This document shows, piece by piece, positions 1 to 9,182 of a DNA stretch of 64,000 bases (its first letter is position 1; every line of letters begins with the position of its first letter). The DNA lies in IMG/VR virus record IMGVR_UViG_3300011113_000491, positions 59,466 through 123,465 of that record. One strand, written 5' to 3'. The notes under the pieces were generated by a model. It ran no database searches. It was not told the DNA's origin and saw nothing but the letters and a program-made list of their open reading frames with translations. The position numbers and the translations under genes were made by a program. This DNA comes from a virus.

Positions 1-2
1 TA

Positions 3-30
3 ATTATAGCACAGTTGCGGTGTTTGTCAA
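3..30 (-). promoter_or_regulatory. sigma70-type promoter pointing out of the window
   Basis: Minus strand TTGACA (25-30), 16 nt, TATAAT (3-8). Confidence 0.6.
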
Positions 31-564
31 TACCCACCACTCTGGAATCTTATTATTCTTCCACTTGGCAAACCGTGCCTTTGCGCCGATATAATACGCA
101 CGATATGCCATTACAGCATCTTCGTTCTTGTAAATATCTGGCATTGCTTGAGCAAACGGCGTAAGAGGACCATTTGTGATATTTGCGGGTCTGTTCTTCT
201 GTAACCATACAAGCAAATTGTTTGATGTATGAACCTTACCATAACGAGATGTGTATTCATTGCACATCTCTACGGCATGAGATGCCAACCAATCATAGTT
301 TGTATTCGTTTCCCTAGTCCAAATTGTACAGGGATGATTAATCATTGTTGATTGATATAGAAATCCATCAATGATTGGGTTATGGTGACGATAAGTAGTG
401 TACTTTCTACCAGACTTTGTAAGTTTGACAGAATAGTATCCATCAAGATAACGGTGTGCTGTTGAGAGTAATTGAGCACTCTCAAGAATCATCTTGACTA
501 CATGCTTGTCACATAGTGATTGTGCTGCAACTGTTGGATTGTTGTCAAGTACAAAGATATTCAT
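4..564 (-). CDS. Pyrimidine-dimer DNA glycosylase / DenV-related protein
   Basis: MNIFVLD..AAQSLCDKHVVKMILESAQLLSTAH, NHPCTIW and AYRAYY motifs; start reset to ATG 564, which overlaps the upstream TGA. Confidence 0.75.
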   Translation of the reverse strand: MNIFVLDNNPTVAAQSLCDKHVVKMILESAQLLSTAHRYLDGYYSVKLTKSGRKYTTYRHHNPIIDGFLYQSTMINHPCTIWTRETNTNYDWLASHAVEMCNEYTSRYGKVHTSNNLLVWLQKNRPANITNGPLTPFAQAMPDIYKNEDAVMAYRAYYIGAKARFAKWKNNKIPEWWVLTNTATVL

Positions 565-710
565 AGAATGGCGGGTGGGATCAGACCAGTCTTTTCCCAC
601 ATTTCCCTGGTCTTCTTCTTTGCGTCCTTACGCATTTCAATTGCCTTGTTACGGTTCTTGATAATCTTCTTACGGTGCTTACGCTTTACAACTCTTCCTG
701 ATTTATTCAT
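561..710 (-). CDS. Small basic hypothetical protein
   Basis: K/R-rich ORF filling the gap between guaC and the glycosylase; ATG 710 follows the guaC stop. Confidence 0.5.
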   Translation of the reverse strand: MNKSGRVVKRKHRKKIIKNRNKAIEMRKDAKKKTREMWEKTGLIPPAIL

Positions 711-711
711 T

Positions 712-1719
712 TCATGCTCCAAAAATATTATTAATCTGATTATTAACTCTGACAAATGTAGTACACTTTGGTAGATGCTTTAGTCTACTTGCACCAACAT
801 AGGTACAAGCAGATCGCAACCCACCTAGAATTTCGTTCAGGACATTGTTGACACTTCCCTTGTATTCTACCTGAACAAGTTTTCCTTCGCTAGCCCGGTG
901 GGATGCTACCCCACCGAAATGCTTCTTCATGGCAAACTCCGACGACATGCCATAAAAAGTTTTGTGTGTTAGAACACCATTTGAATATACTGGTGTTCCT
1001 TCAGACTCATCGGTGCCGGAAAACATCCCACCGAGCATAACGAAGTCAGCGCCCCCTCCGAAGGACTTTGCGATATCACCGGGACAGGTGCACCCACCAT
1101 CCGCCATGATATGACCTCCCAGACCGTGTGCTGCATCGGCGCACTCCATCACTGCTGAGAGTTGAGGATATCCCACCCCGGTCATCTTGCGTGTTGTGCA
1201 TACGCTTCCGGGGCCGATTCCAACCTTGACTATATCCGCGCCTGACAGGAGTAGTGCTTCTGTCATTTCCGCTGTTACTACATTCCCTGCTATGATTATT
1301 GCATTCTTCCATTTTTGTCTTGTTTCCTTTACTAGATCAACAAATACTTCCGTATATCCATTTGCTACATCCAAACAGATAAACGGAACATCTTCATTAT
1401 AAAACTCTTGTAGATTTTCCCTACTTGCCTCGTCAAGTCCGCAAGTCAACGCGATATATTCTTTATTTAGAATTTGATCATATTCGCCCTTGCTGATAAA
1501 CTTGTGCATACAAGTAACACACCTGTAAGGACTTAGGGCATTTGCCATTTTTGATACGCCAATAGTATCCATGTTGGCAGCCACGATTGGAATACCAGTC
1601 CAAGTTCTTTTACTGTGCAAAAAGGTAAAGGTTCTAGTTAGATCTACTTCTGCTCGGGATGTCAACTTAGAACGCTTTGGACGAATCAATACATCAGAAT
1701 AATCAAGTTTCATTTCCAT
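712..1719 (-). CDS. guaC: GMP reductase
   Basis: LDYSDVLIRPKRS, AANMD, DVANGY, KVGIGPGSVCTTR, ADGG, FYGMSS, GLRSACTYVGA. Confidence 0.93.
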   Translation of the reverse strand: MEMKLDYSDVLIRPKRSKLTSRAEVDLTRTFTFLHSKRTWTGIPIVAANMDTIGVSKMANALSPYRCVTCMHKFISKGEYDQILNKEYIALTCGLDEASRENLQEFYNEDVPFICLDVANGYTEVFVDLVKETRQKWKNAIIIAGNVVTAEMTEALLLSGADIVKVGIGPGSVCTTRKMTGVGYPQLSAVMECADAAHGLGGHIMADGGCTCPGDIAKSFGGGADFVMLGGMFSGTDESEGTPVYSNGVLTHKTFYGMSSEFAMKKHFGGVASHRASEGKLVQVEYKGSVNNVLNEILGGLRSACTYVGASRLKHLPKCTTFVRVNNQINNIFGA

Positions 1720-1933
1720 TAGATTTCTTTCCACTATTCTTTCCACCCATATGTGTTTCAATATGGAGTTGGAGAGACTTCATCTTCTTTGCAAGAGTTT
1801 TTCTATCTGCCTTGTCAAGAAGATACTGCTCATAAGTATACACTGCCTGCGTTGCAAGTTCAATCAGTTCGATGACATATTCATCATCATGTGCGTTTTG
1901 TTTAGTTCTCCCGAACAACTTCAATTTCCTCAA
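1703..1933 (-). CDS. Hypothetical protein
   Basis: ORF overlapping both neighbours in an operon-like arrangement; start uncertain. Confidence 0.5.
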   Translation of the reverse strand: MRKLKLFGRTKQNAHDDEYVIELIELATQAVYTYEQYLLDKADRKTLAKKMKSLQLHIETHMGGKNSGKKSNGNET

Positions 1934-2210
1934 AAAGATTCAACTGATTATCATTTAGTTCTTGATTGTAATTCTTTAAAAAATTCAGAGCCTGAAGAAC
2001 ACATTCGGCAAGTTCACTCGATGCGTTTGAATCATACACATCAATACTTTCATTAGAATTCCAATTACTAAAATGAAGACCAATTACTCCATTTTCATTT
2101 TTTCTTAGAGTTATGAATGGATTTTTAGATTCTTCTGGAAAAATTTCACAAATGAATTGAATATCTCCATTGAGATAATTATCAGAGTTTGAGTCTACCT
2201 TTATGTTCAT
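1902..2210 (-). CDS. Hypothetical protein
   Basis: Start/stop overlap with upstream ORF. Confidence 0.55.
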   Translation of the reverse strand: MNIKVDSNSDNYLNGDIQFICEIFPEESKNPFITLRKNENGVIGLHFSNWNSNESIDVYDSNASSELAECVLQALNFLKNYNQELNDNQLNLFEEIEVVREN

Positions 2211-2536
2211 AATAATTCCTTTATTTTTAAACTTTCTGTTTTGGATTGCATTAGATCTTGAGTTGTATAGAAATATATTACGCTACTCAATCTAAAACTT
2301 TTCCACTCCTTATCAATTATATCATAAACTGGAACGAGATCAACATCTTTCTGAAAAGGAGAGAATATTTCTTGCAAAGATCTTCTCGCATTTCTATTAA
2401 GCATACCATAATTCAATGAGCAATACAAACTTCTATATTTTCCATTTGTCACTTTTTGAAAATAAACCTTACACACTCCGGCAGATAGATATTTAAGAAC
2501 CAAATCTCTTTGTAATTGATTTTCCTTTAACATCAC
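2207..2536 (-). CDS. SH3/WYL-like beta-barrel protein (T4 gp24.3-like)
   Basis: VCKVYFQKVTNGKYRSL..VPVYDIIDKEWKSFRL pattern. Confidence 0.6.
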   Translation of the reverse strand: MMLKENQLQRDLVLKYLSAGVCKVYFQKVTNGKYRSLYCSLNYGMLNRNARRSLQEIFSPFQKDVDLVPVYDIIDKEWKSFRLSSVIYFYTTQDLMQSKTESLKIKELL

Positions 2537-4128
2537 TCATCTCCAGGCATTGTTTCCGGTAGTTTAAAGTGTTTTCTCAGTTTCTTTAGTACTTCTTTTG
2601 CTGCTTTTCTGTTTTCACCAAAACGCCAATTATATTCTTGCCAACCATGAGATTCTTTTATTGGTGTTTGTGATTCCATATGAGCCTTTAGATCATCTTT
2701 AAGTTTATCTGAGTACTTAGTGCCTTTTGTACCAAATGCATCACTACCCACAGCACCAGTCTCCAACCATTTCTTTCCGCCGCCGGCGCCCTGATTATGA
2801 CTGTATGCTAATACTTCTAGTTGTTTATGTTTTGGAAGATTTCTATATTGAGGACTTAGTTTTGTTAAAACTCTGTGATTGGCAATAGTAAATCCTGCTA
2901 ACATATCTTCTTGCATTTGTGGATTTGCTCTAAATTGTTCTCTCGCAGAAGTATGATGTCCTGGGTCATCAATACCTAAAACCCTTGCAGCATCCGTCTT
3001 TGCATCACGACCTAATTGATATCTACCATCGTAGTGTTTTCCAGCACCACCTGCAACGCTATAATCTCCACCAGATTCAATGTGTGATAATGATCCACGA
3101 AAGACATTCCATGTATCAGCATCAATTCCTAAATGCTGTGTGATAAGCTCATGAGGAACTTTGACACCAGAGTGTTGTGCTGTTTGCGTTGGTTTTGCTT
3201 CTGGTGTATGTGTCACTTTAGTCTGTACTTGACCTAGTGGATTTGCATTTCTTGGATGTACAGTAGGAGTTTTAGAAACTTGTGTTTCTAATGGTTTTTG
3301 TGGAAACAGTGTTCTATTCAAAGAAGTCCCTACTGCTTTCCCACCTAACATAGCTCCACCGGCGGCTGCCAAACCTAGTCCAACTGCTGCTACCTTTTTC
3401 ATTAATTTTGATTCATTTAAAGACAATGATGCGTCTCTCATCTGTTCCATATGATCATTCATTTTATCAAGATAACCAGAATTACGCAACTCCTTGAATA
3501 CTAAATTTTCATAAGAGAACTCGCCTGACTTTTTAAGTCCTGCCACTCTCATGTTTTTAATTTTATCTTTGAGTGTCTTAAAAGAGAACTCATTTGCTCC
3601 ACCAGAAACTAAATCATCAATTCTATTTTTAAGATGATCTATTTTGTGAAGAAGATGTGGGTTATCATAATCAACACGGACATGGTGAGGGTGTACCAAC
3701 CAGTCATCGTTCTTTAGACTATACACCCCTTGATCTTTTTGATATGGGTCATTGACATCTTGAGCATATAGTTCAACATCATGACCTTTTACTTTGACAT
3801 CGTGAATCTTTGACCAAAGTTCTTTTTTATCTTTTAGATATTCATCAACAAACTCGGGAGCAGCATCCATTTGATCTTTGTGAATGACAAAGTGTATATC
3901 AAGATCAGAATGTTCGGTATAATTGTAATTTGCATTACCACCAACTAGAATAATATCTTCTATTATGCTATTTGGTATTTTTGCAAACTCTTGCCAAAAC
4001 TTTGCAACATACAAAAGATGATTTCTGATTTCTGGTTTTAATTTATCATTTTCCCAGAAAACAGGATTCAACTCATCATGATACTGAAGAGTTAGTGATT
4101 CTTTGATGTATGATGAAAAAGTTTTCAT
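2533..4128 (-). CDS. Nucleotidyltransferase fused to a lysozyme/transglycosylase-like domain; probable internal head protein
   Basis: MKTFSSYIKE N-terminus; GGNANYNYTEHSDLDIH (Pol-beta NTase G-G/S..DxD); hydrophobic segment; IESGGDY..GRYQLG..HNQGAG lysozyme-like motifs. Confidence 0.75.
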   Translation of the reverse strand: MKTFSSYIKESLTLQYHDELNPVFWENDKLKPEIRNHLLYVAKFWQEFAKIPNSIIEDIILVGGNANYNYTEHSDLDIHFVIHKDQMDAAPEFVDEYLKDKKELWSKIHDVKVKGHDVELYAQDVNDPYQKDQGVYSLKNDDWLVHPHHVRVDYDNPHLLHKIDHLKNRIDDLVSGGANEFSFKTLKDKIKNMRVAGLKKSGEFSYENLVFKELRNSGYLDKMNDHMEQMRDASLSLNESKLMKKVAAVGLGLAAAGGAMLGGKAVGTSLNRTLFPQKPLETQVSKTPTVHPRNANPLGQVQTKVTHTPEAKPTQTAQHSGVKVPHELITQHLGIDADTWNVFRGSLSHIESGGDYSVAGGAGKHYDGRYQLGRDAKTDAARVLGIDDPGHHTSAREQFRANPQMQEDMLAGFTIANHRVLTKLSPQYRNLPKHKQLEVLAYSHNQGAGGGKKWLETGAVGSDAFGTKGTKYSDKLKDDLKAHMESQTPIKESHGWQEYNWRFGENRKAAKEVLKKLRKHFKLPETMPGDE

Positions 4129-4334
4129 TTTTTAATTGTCTTTGGTTTTGGTGTAGGGTTTGATATAGGTTTTGGTGTAGGCTTCCGACCATATATATCG
4201 TCTATATTAAATCTCATATCATCTAGTGCTTCAGCAGAATATGCTGTTCCACGATATACTGGTTCTTTTGGTTTATCAAAATCAAAAGTGAGTTGTTCCC
4301 CAACTTCTAGAAGATATTGTTTGAATGATTTCAT
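4125..4334 (-). CDS. Small putative internal head protein
   Basis: Starts MKSFKQYLLE at ATG 4334, 5 nt after TATAAATA. Confidence 0.6.
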   Translation of the reverse strand: MKSFKQYLLEVGEQLTFDFDKPKEPVYRGTAYSAEALDDMRFNIDDIYGRKPTPKPISNPTPKPKTIKK

Positions 4335-4339
4335 GCTAT

Positions 4340-4351
4340 TATTTATAAATA
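4340..4351. promoter_or_regulatory. Bidirectional T4-type late promoter
   Basis: Palindrome TATTTATAAATA gives TATAAATA on both strands between divergent genes. Confidence 0.75.
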
Positions 4352-4385
4352 ACAAAGTACATACATATATTTAAAGGAAACTATT

Positions 4386-4814
4386 ATGAACTTAAAAGAA
4401 TACTATAAAGAATTACTTTCAGAGCAACTATTGAATGAAATAGGTGCAGCAAAATTAGGAAGAATCGAAAAATCAATTAAAAGAAAAGAAGCACAAAAAG
4501 ATAAAACAACAGCGGCAATTGATTCCAGTCGCGGAAGAATACAGGATGCTCTTTTAAATCCAGATGCAGTAAAAACCGCAGCCGTTGGACCCGGAAGTCC
4601 CCTACAACAGAGACTTAATGCACTGTATATGGCAAGAGCCCGTGGTCAAGTTGGAAGAAAAGAAAAACTCAATAAACGAGGGATGAAAATAGCAGGACAG
4701 GCTGGTATGGCAATTGGCCAGGGTGCTACAAATCGAGATACAATTCAATCATATAGCGATAGAATCGGTGGACTTGGCCACCCAGGCGGTCACCCTAGAT
4801 TTAGACCTAGATGA
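4386..4814 (+). CDS. Basic putative internal head protein
   Basis: MNLKEYYKELLSEQLLNE leader; AAGGA SD upstream. Confidence 0.65.
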   Translation: MNLKEYYKELLSEQLLNEIGAAKLGRIEKSIKRKEAQKDKTTAAIDSSRGRIQDALLNPDAVKTAAVGPGSPLQQRLNALYMARARGQVGRKEKLNKRGMKIAGQAGMAIGQGATNRDTIQSYSDRIGGLGHPGGHPRFRPR

Positions 4815-4829
4815 TGTAAAACAATAAAA

Positions 4830-4862
4830 TAAAAAGAAACCCCCATATGGGGGTTTTTTATT
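4830..4862. terminator. Bidirectional intrinsic terminator
   Basis: AAACCCCC-ATAT-GGGGGTTT with A- and T-tracts between convergent genes. Confidence 0.8.
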
Positions 4863-4874
4863 TGTCTCTAAAAA

Positions 4875-5492
4875 TTATCCGTTTCTTATCACAGAAACAC
4901 CATCTGCTGACATTCCAGAGAAATGTGTTGCAATTTTCGCCATTTTTTCGTGATCTCTACCCCCACCGCTTTTTATTGATGGTATGACTCTGAGATCCAT
5001 ATGTGTATCCAAGAACGCCGGAATATCGGTGATCTTCCTTTGAGTTATGGGGGAAACAGACTTTAGTGCAATATGTTCATCGTCACCAATGTCCTTTGCG
5101 GCCGCACCATGTAATCTTTCTACCACTTTACGTCTCGGAGAGAAATGTTTACCATCAAATGTGCTCAAGAATACAGGGGAGTGATTCTGTATTATATCTT
5201 CGTGATGAACAAATACAATCGGTTTTGTATTTGGTTTGTAAACTGCAACCCAAGGAACCTTGCTCGTGTTTCCTTCTCTCTGAAGTGCATATGGTGCAAT
5301 CAGTCCAACATTAGATCCTGCATAGACACCACTGAATGGTTTGTGTCCTTCGAGTGGCATATCCCCTCTCTGACTATTTCCATGTCTATCCATCACATAT
5401 GGTTTTGGATCGAATTGTTCTACTGGTTTATGATCCAATCGAAAAACATGGTTGGAACGAGACTCAAGAAGATACTGACGAAATGATTTCAT
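4875..5492 (-). CDS. Putative internal head protein (weak ADP-ribosyltransferase-like motifs)
   Basis: MKSFRQYLLE leader; VFR..GVYAG..PYA only weakly ART-like. Confidence 0.55.
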   Translation of the reverse strand: MKSFRQYLLESRSNHVFRLDHKPVEQFDPKPYVMDRHGNSQRGDMPLEGHKPFSGVYAGSNVGLIAPYALQREGNTSKVPWVAVYKPNTKPIVFVHHEDIIQNHSPVFLSTFDGKHFSPRRKVVERLHGAAAKDIGDDEHIALKSVSPITQRKITDIPAFLDTHMDLRVIPSIKSGGGRDHEKMAKIATHFSGMSADGVSVIRNG

Positions 5493-5496
5493 GTTC

Positions 5497-5742
5497 TCAC
5501 CAAATTCTGTTTAATATCTGCCCATCAGGACCCATACTACTCCATCTTGTCCCTGTTCCCGTTGTATCAAAGACAGCATCTTCCGTTCCCATCTTATGTC
5601 CTTCTAAGTAGTGTGGATTGTCTTTGTGATCTGCATGGTGACTCAAATTAAAGAATCCATGCTCAAACCCTAAACTAAAAGCCTTTTGTTCTGCTTCGGT
5701 TCTTTTGTTTTCTTTTAGAAATTTTTTGAAAGAGAGCATCAT
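5497..5742 (-). CDS. Small putative internal head protein
   Basis: MLSFKKFLKE leader. Confidence 0.6.
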   Translation of the reverse strand: MMLSFKKFLKENKRTEAEQKAFSLGFEHGFFNLSHHADHKDNPHYLEGHKMGTEDAVFDTTGTGTRWSSMGPDGQILNRIW

Positions 5743-6326
5743 TTTTTCCTTGTTCTAATTCTTTTTGGTCTAAGTTCAAATTTTGTCAATTCTGCGCGTG
5801 TAAAACCATGAGGATCACTCCTTCTACTATATGCTCCGCGTTCATCTTTTGCCGGATTATAGACTGTAACCTTTCCATCGTAATCCATATGAACAGGTCT
5901 AATTCCTGCCAGTCTTCTCCAAACAGATCGTGAACCACGGGTCTGTTGTTCGCCTGATTCTATTGTGACTCCCAGTTTATCTGCTAGAGTACCATATACT
6001 TTAGGAACTAAATTTTTTACTCTTGCCTTTTCTCCTGCATGGGTCTTGTGAATGGAAGGGCTATTAATAGTAACTCTTCTAGCCCGAGGATGACTGACAG
6101 GAAAGATTCCTACTATTTGCTTTTTATGAACAAGATGATAAACCGTTTCGTCTTCATCTGGATATAGTGGATGGTCTTCGTGAGGTCGTATTAGACTGTA
6201 TGATCCAATTTTACCAATCAGTTTACCTGGCACAGATGGTACTACTTTTGATAGATAATCAGCATATCTTCTACTGGTTTGAATCATTTCTGGTGCTTCA
6301 AGAAGATATTGTTTGAATGATTTCAT
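5739..6326 (-). CDS. Putative internal head protein with GNAT-like domain
   Basis: MKSFKQYLLE leader; IHKTHAG..VYGTL..IESGEQQTRGSRSVWRRL resembles a GNAT C-terminal motif. Confidence 0.55.
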   Translation of the reverse strand: MKSFKQYLLEAPEMIQTSRRYADYLSKVVPSVPGKLIGKIGSYSLIRPHEDHPLYPDEDETVYHLVHKKQIVGIFPVSHPRARRVTINSPSIHKTHAGEKARVKNLVPKVYGTLADKLGVTIESGEQQTRGSRSVWRRLAGIRPVHMDYDGKVTVYNPAKDERGAYSRRSDPHGFTRAELTKFELRPKRIRTRKK

Positions 6327-6778
6327 CGTCGGCTTCTCTTTCTACTAGTTAGACCAGATATATTTGTCGCAGTAATTCCATATCGTCCTGCCATTGCCTG
6401 ATAAATTGAATGTCTTACTGGATCATCAGTATCATACACAATATCTCTTGGTTTTTGAGTCATCATATGATGATGAAAGTACTCATGAATCTTTTTACCT
6501 ATTGCCAAAGCATGGTGGGCAGGAATACGGGTAGATGGACTCTCAAACCGATGATTCACAGTAAATGCAATTTTAGAAACTCCGTCTTCCACTTTTTTTG
6601 CCAGGAATGATACTCTATATTCCGCGTCACTGTCTCTAATATGACCACGATATACATGAGTATCAAGAATTTTTGAATGCACCCCTGCCGGAATGAATTC
6701 ATAATCGGGATGGTAATATGGAACCTCTTGTGCGGAGGTATCAAACATTTCCATGATGTATTTTTTGAATGATCTCAT
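6323..6778 (-). CDS. Putative internal head protein
   Basis: MRSFKKYIME leader; TATAAATA 6 nt upstream. Confidence 0.6.
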   Translation of the reverse strand: MRSFKKYIMEMFDTSAQEVPYYHPDYEFIPAGVHSKILDTHVYRGHIRDSDAEYRVSFLAKKVEDGVSKIAFTVNHRFESPSTRIPAHHALAIGKKIHEYFHHHMMTQKPRDIVYDTDDPVRHSIYQAMAGRYGITATNISGLTSRKRSRR

Positions 6779-6800
6779 ACCCCATATTTATAATTTTTTT

Positions 6801-7215
6801 GGGGACTGGGGGATCCTAAAGGGGGACCCTAAAGATTATCGAACTATTAGATTACCATTCCAAATTTTTAGTTTCGAACCCGGAAAGAATTCTTGTAGAA
6901 GCTCTAGGAGTTCTTTTTCTTTTTCTTTTGATAATTTTGTTGGTTTCTTGTTTCCAATAAAATTACCAGATTGAGTAATGCCTTGATTTAGATTGAAGTC
7001 AGGAGCATCATCAAAATCAGGAACAAGAAAGAGAATATCCTGAATTGGAATTATTTTTACTTGAGAAGATGCTACTACAGGAGATGTAAGTAGAGAAATA
7101 CAGAGAAAGATCACGATTAGTATTTTTGAAAGCTTCATGATATTATTTATAAGAATTATTTGGGGACTGGGGGATCCTAATGAAAAGGATTTTTTGGGAA
7201 CTGGGGGATCCTAAA
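6801..7215 (+). repeat. Three copies of GGG(G/A)ACTGGGGGATCCTAA
   Basis: Copies at 6801-6819, 7162-7180 and 7196-7214. Confidence 0.9.
6836..7138 (-). CDS. Secreted small protein resembling a planctomycete secretin-type N-terminal segment
   Basis: Signal peptide, then IPIQDILFLVPDFDDAPDFNL..LLELLQE..KIWNGNLIVR. Confidence 0.5.
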   Translation of the reverse strand: MKLSKILIVIFLCISLLTSPVVASSQVKIIPIQDILFLVPDFDDAPDFNLNQGITQSGNFIGNKKPTKLSKEKEKELLELLQEFFPGSKLKIWNGNLIVR

Positions 7216-7374
7216 AGAACTTATAAGGGGGGTAGGGGGGGTAGGGGTTATAGTGAGCCTCGCTAGCGCACTATAGGGGTGGGACCCCATTTTCTAATAT
7301 CACTGTTGTGTGACGCGAGCTCGGCGTGACGCGAACCCCCACGAAACCCCTACGATTCCCTGCACAAACGAAAC

Positions 7375-7408
7375 AACCCCCGCACCACTCTCACATGGTA
7401 CGGGGGTC
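7375..7408 (-). terminator. Terminator-like hairpin ending the GC-rich operon
   Basis: ACCCCCGCACCA..TGGTACGGGGGT stem downstream of the 7430 stop. Confidence 0.55.
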
Positions 7409-7429
7409 GATGATGACGACGCGCTGTAG

Positions 7430-7825
7430 TTAGTCTGCGCCGTTCGGTGTCTCGTCGGAATCGTTGGGAATCGTTGGCGTTTCGGCACAGCGACGACAGA
7501 TGATCTTCCCTTGTGAATCATGCTTGGCGAAGGCCTTGCCGAATGCACCACCACAACGGGAGCAACGGCACAGATTCACCTTGGATTGATGGGGTTCTGG
7601 CGCACCATCGATCATGGCCTTCATCGTCTCCCAGTCGATTGGAATGACTTGAATGCCAGTGGATTCGAGCTCACGAGTCCATTCGTTCCAGTTGCGTTCC
7701 TCGAGCTGATCACGATTGAGGGGAAGGGCATTACGCTTGGATGGCCATGATTCGTTGATGCGCCGAAGCATGGCAATGAGAATCCACATGTCGGTGATGG
7801 GGGCAGGCAGTGTAGGCATACTCAT
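7430..7825 (-). CDS. Hypothetical protein with C-terminal Cys cluster
   Basis: ATG 7825 overlaps upstream TAA; CRCSRC..CRRC. Confidence 0.55.
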   Translation of the reverse strand: MSMPTLPAPITDMWILIAMLRRINESWPSKRNALPLNRDQLEERNWNEWTRELESTGIQVIPIDWETMKAMIDGAPEPHQSKVNLCRCSRCGGAFGKAFAKHDSQGKIICRRCAETPTIPNDSDETPNGAD

Positions 7826-8040
7826 TAGCGAGCCCTCCGATTGCAGCGTTCGGCACGGCGCAGGTTCTCGGTGTCCGTTGCCGAAACCATTACGATTTCG
7901 GGGGCGGTCTTGTGGTACCAGTCCATGAATCCGATGGGGGAACGAACGCGGGAGCACTTCACGCAGGTCGTAGTGGTGGGAATGGCATCGAGCCTGCCTT
8001 TCGGAATGTCGATGCCGCAGGTGTCGCAGGTCTTGGTCAT
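7825..8040 (-). CDS. DksA/TraR-type C4 zinc-finger protein
   Basis: MTKTCDTCGIDIPKGRLDAIPTTTTCVKC; AAGGA SD before ATG 8040. Confidence 0.75.
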   Translation of the reverse strand: MTKTCDTCGIDIPKGRLDAIPTTTTCVKCSRVRSPIGFMDWYHKTAPEIVMVSATDTENLRRAERCNRRAR

Positions 8041-8045
8041 TGTAG

Positions 8046-8156
8046 TTAGTCCTTGATTACAGAGAGAAAGAGAGAAACGGTCATCACGAACAGCGCAGCC
8101 CAGGCGCAGATGATGAATGACCACATGAGAAGAGCGAGAATCTGAAGAAGTTCCAT
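8046..8156 (-). CDS. 36-aa membrane peptide (not in the ORF track)
   Basis: MELLQILALLMWSFIICAWAALFVMTVSLFLSVIKD; AGGA upstream; fills the operon gap. Confidence 0.5.
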   Translation of the reverse strand: MELLQILALLMWSFIICAWAALFVMTVSLFLSVIKD

Positions 8157-8186
8157 GAGTGTTGAGTTTCCTAGTGAAGTTGAGAA

Positions 8187-9131
8187 TCAGACGCAATCGT
8201 TGTACTGCTCGGTGTGCCAGCGGCCTGCACGGGCCACACGGACATGGTTGCAGACATAGTGCCAACCGAAGTCGATGCAGACGGTGTGCCAACGGTTGCC
8301 GAAGCGCCACCAGCCGACATTGCCGTAGTGGAGGTCACCACCACCACGAATGAGCCCATGCTTACGCATCGTGGCGCCCTTGGGAATCGGGCGAAGCTCG
8401 CCGTATTCCATCTTATCGATGGCATTCACGGTGATGGAGTTGTCCCGAGGCGATCCACGCAGGTCGAGGTGGCGCAGGGCCTTCACCCAGCCTTGCATTT
8501 GCATACTGAACCCTGCCCACTCATCGCGGTCGTTGCCGTCGCGTTCGATCTCATCCAGCATCATGCCGAAGTGAGTGCCGATCAGGCGAATGTCCTTGCC
8601 CGTCAACGAAGGAAGATCGGTGGGGCGAGGGACGAGCCGACCCCTGTAGTTGTCGATCTCACGCGCCATGTTGTCGTCGCCGTAGTAGGCCATCATGCAC
8701 TCCATCAGCGATCCCGAACCCGAAGCATCACGCTGACGGTCGGTCATAGTGATCGCCACGCCAGTCTGATAGCCCCACAGAACATCGAGGCGATTGCGAC
8801 TGGTGCCGGTGGGCTTACCGATGAGCTCGAAGCGCACCATACGATGCACAGGCGGGGCCAAACGGGCCTTGTACGCCTGACGCTGACGCCACCACGCAGC
8901 ATACGCATCCTGCGGGTCTTGACCAGTGAGCTTGATGCCGAACTGGTGCGGGTCACAGACCTTCGCATTGTTGTCGAAGTACTGCGCCTGGGCGCCGTTC
9001 GAGCTGTTCTTGAAGACGCGACGCCACATGGAGTTGGTGAGGAGGTAAACATCGACCATGCCGTAAACACGGTCACGGTACGAGCGAACGGGAGCGATAC
9101 GGGGAAACACCGACGAGAGACGAGAGAACAT
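8187..9131 (-). CDS. Protein kinase-like protein
   Basis: NGAQA loop, FGIKL, DLHYGNV catalytic loop, CIDFG. Confidence 0.7.
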   Translation of the reverse strand: MFSRLSSVFPRIAPVRSYRDRVYGMVDVYLLTNSMWRRVFKNSSNGAQAQYFDNNAKVCDPHQFGIKLTGQDPQDAYAAWWRQRQAYKARLAPPVHRMVRFELIGKPTGTSRNRLDVLWGYQTGVAITMTDRQRDASGSGSLMECMMAYYGDDNMAREIDNYRGRLVPRPTDLPSLTGKDIRLIGTHFGMMLDEIERDGNDRDEWAGFSMQMQGWVKALRHLDLRGSPRDNSITVNAIDKMEYGELRPIPKGATMRKHGLIRGGGDLHYGNVGWWRFGNRWHTVCIDFGWHYVCNHVRVARAGRWHTEQYNDCV

Positions 9132-9182
9132 GAGTGTGAGAGATCCTGTGTGAGAGAACGGGAAGAACGATGAAAGAGACGA

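Noticed and set aside
6801-7215. Direct repeats as a CRISPR array
   Set aside because: Only three 19-bp copies with spacings of about 340 and 15 nt; no cas genes
7262-7280. CACTATAGGG resembling a T7 promoter
   Set aside because: The upstream TAATACGACT part is absent and no single-subunit RNA polymerase is in the window
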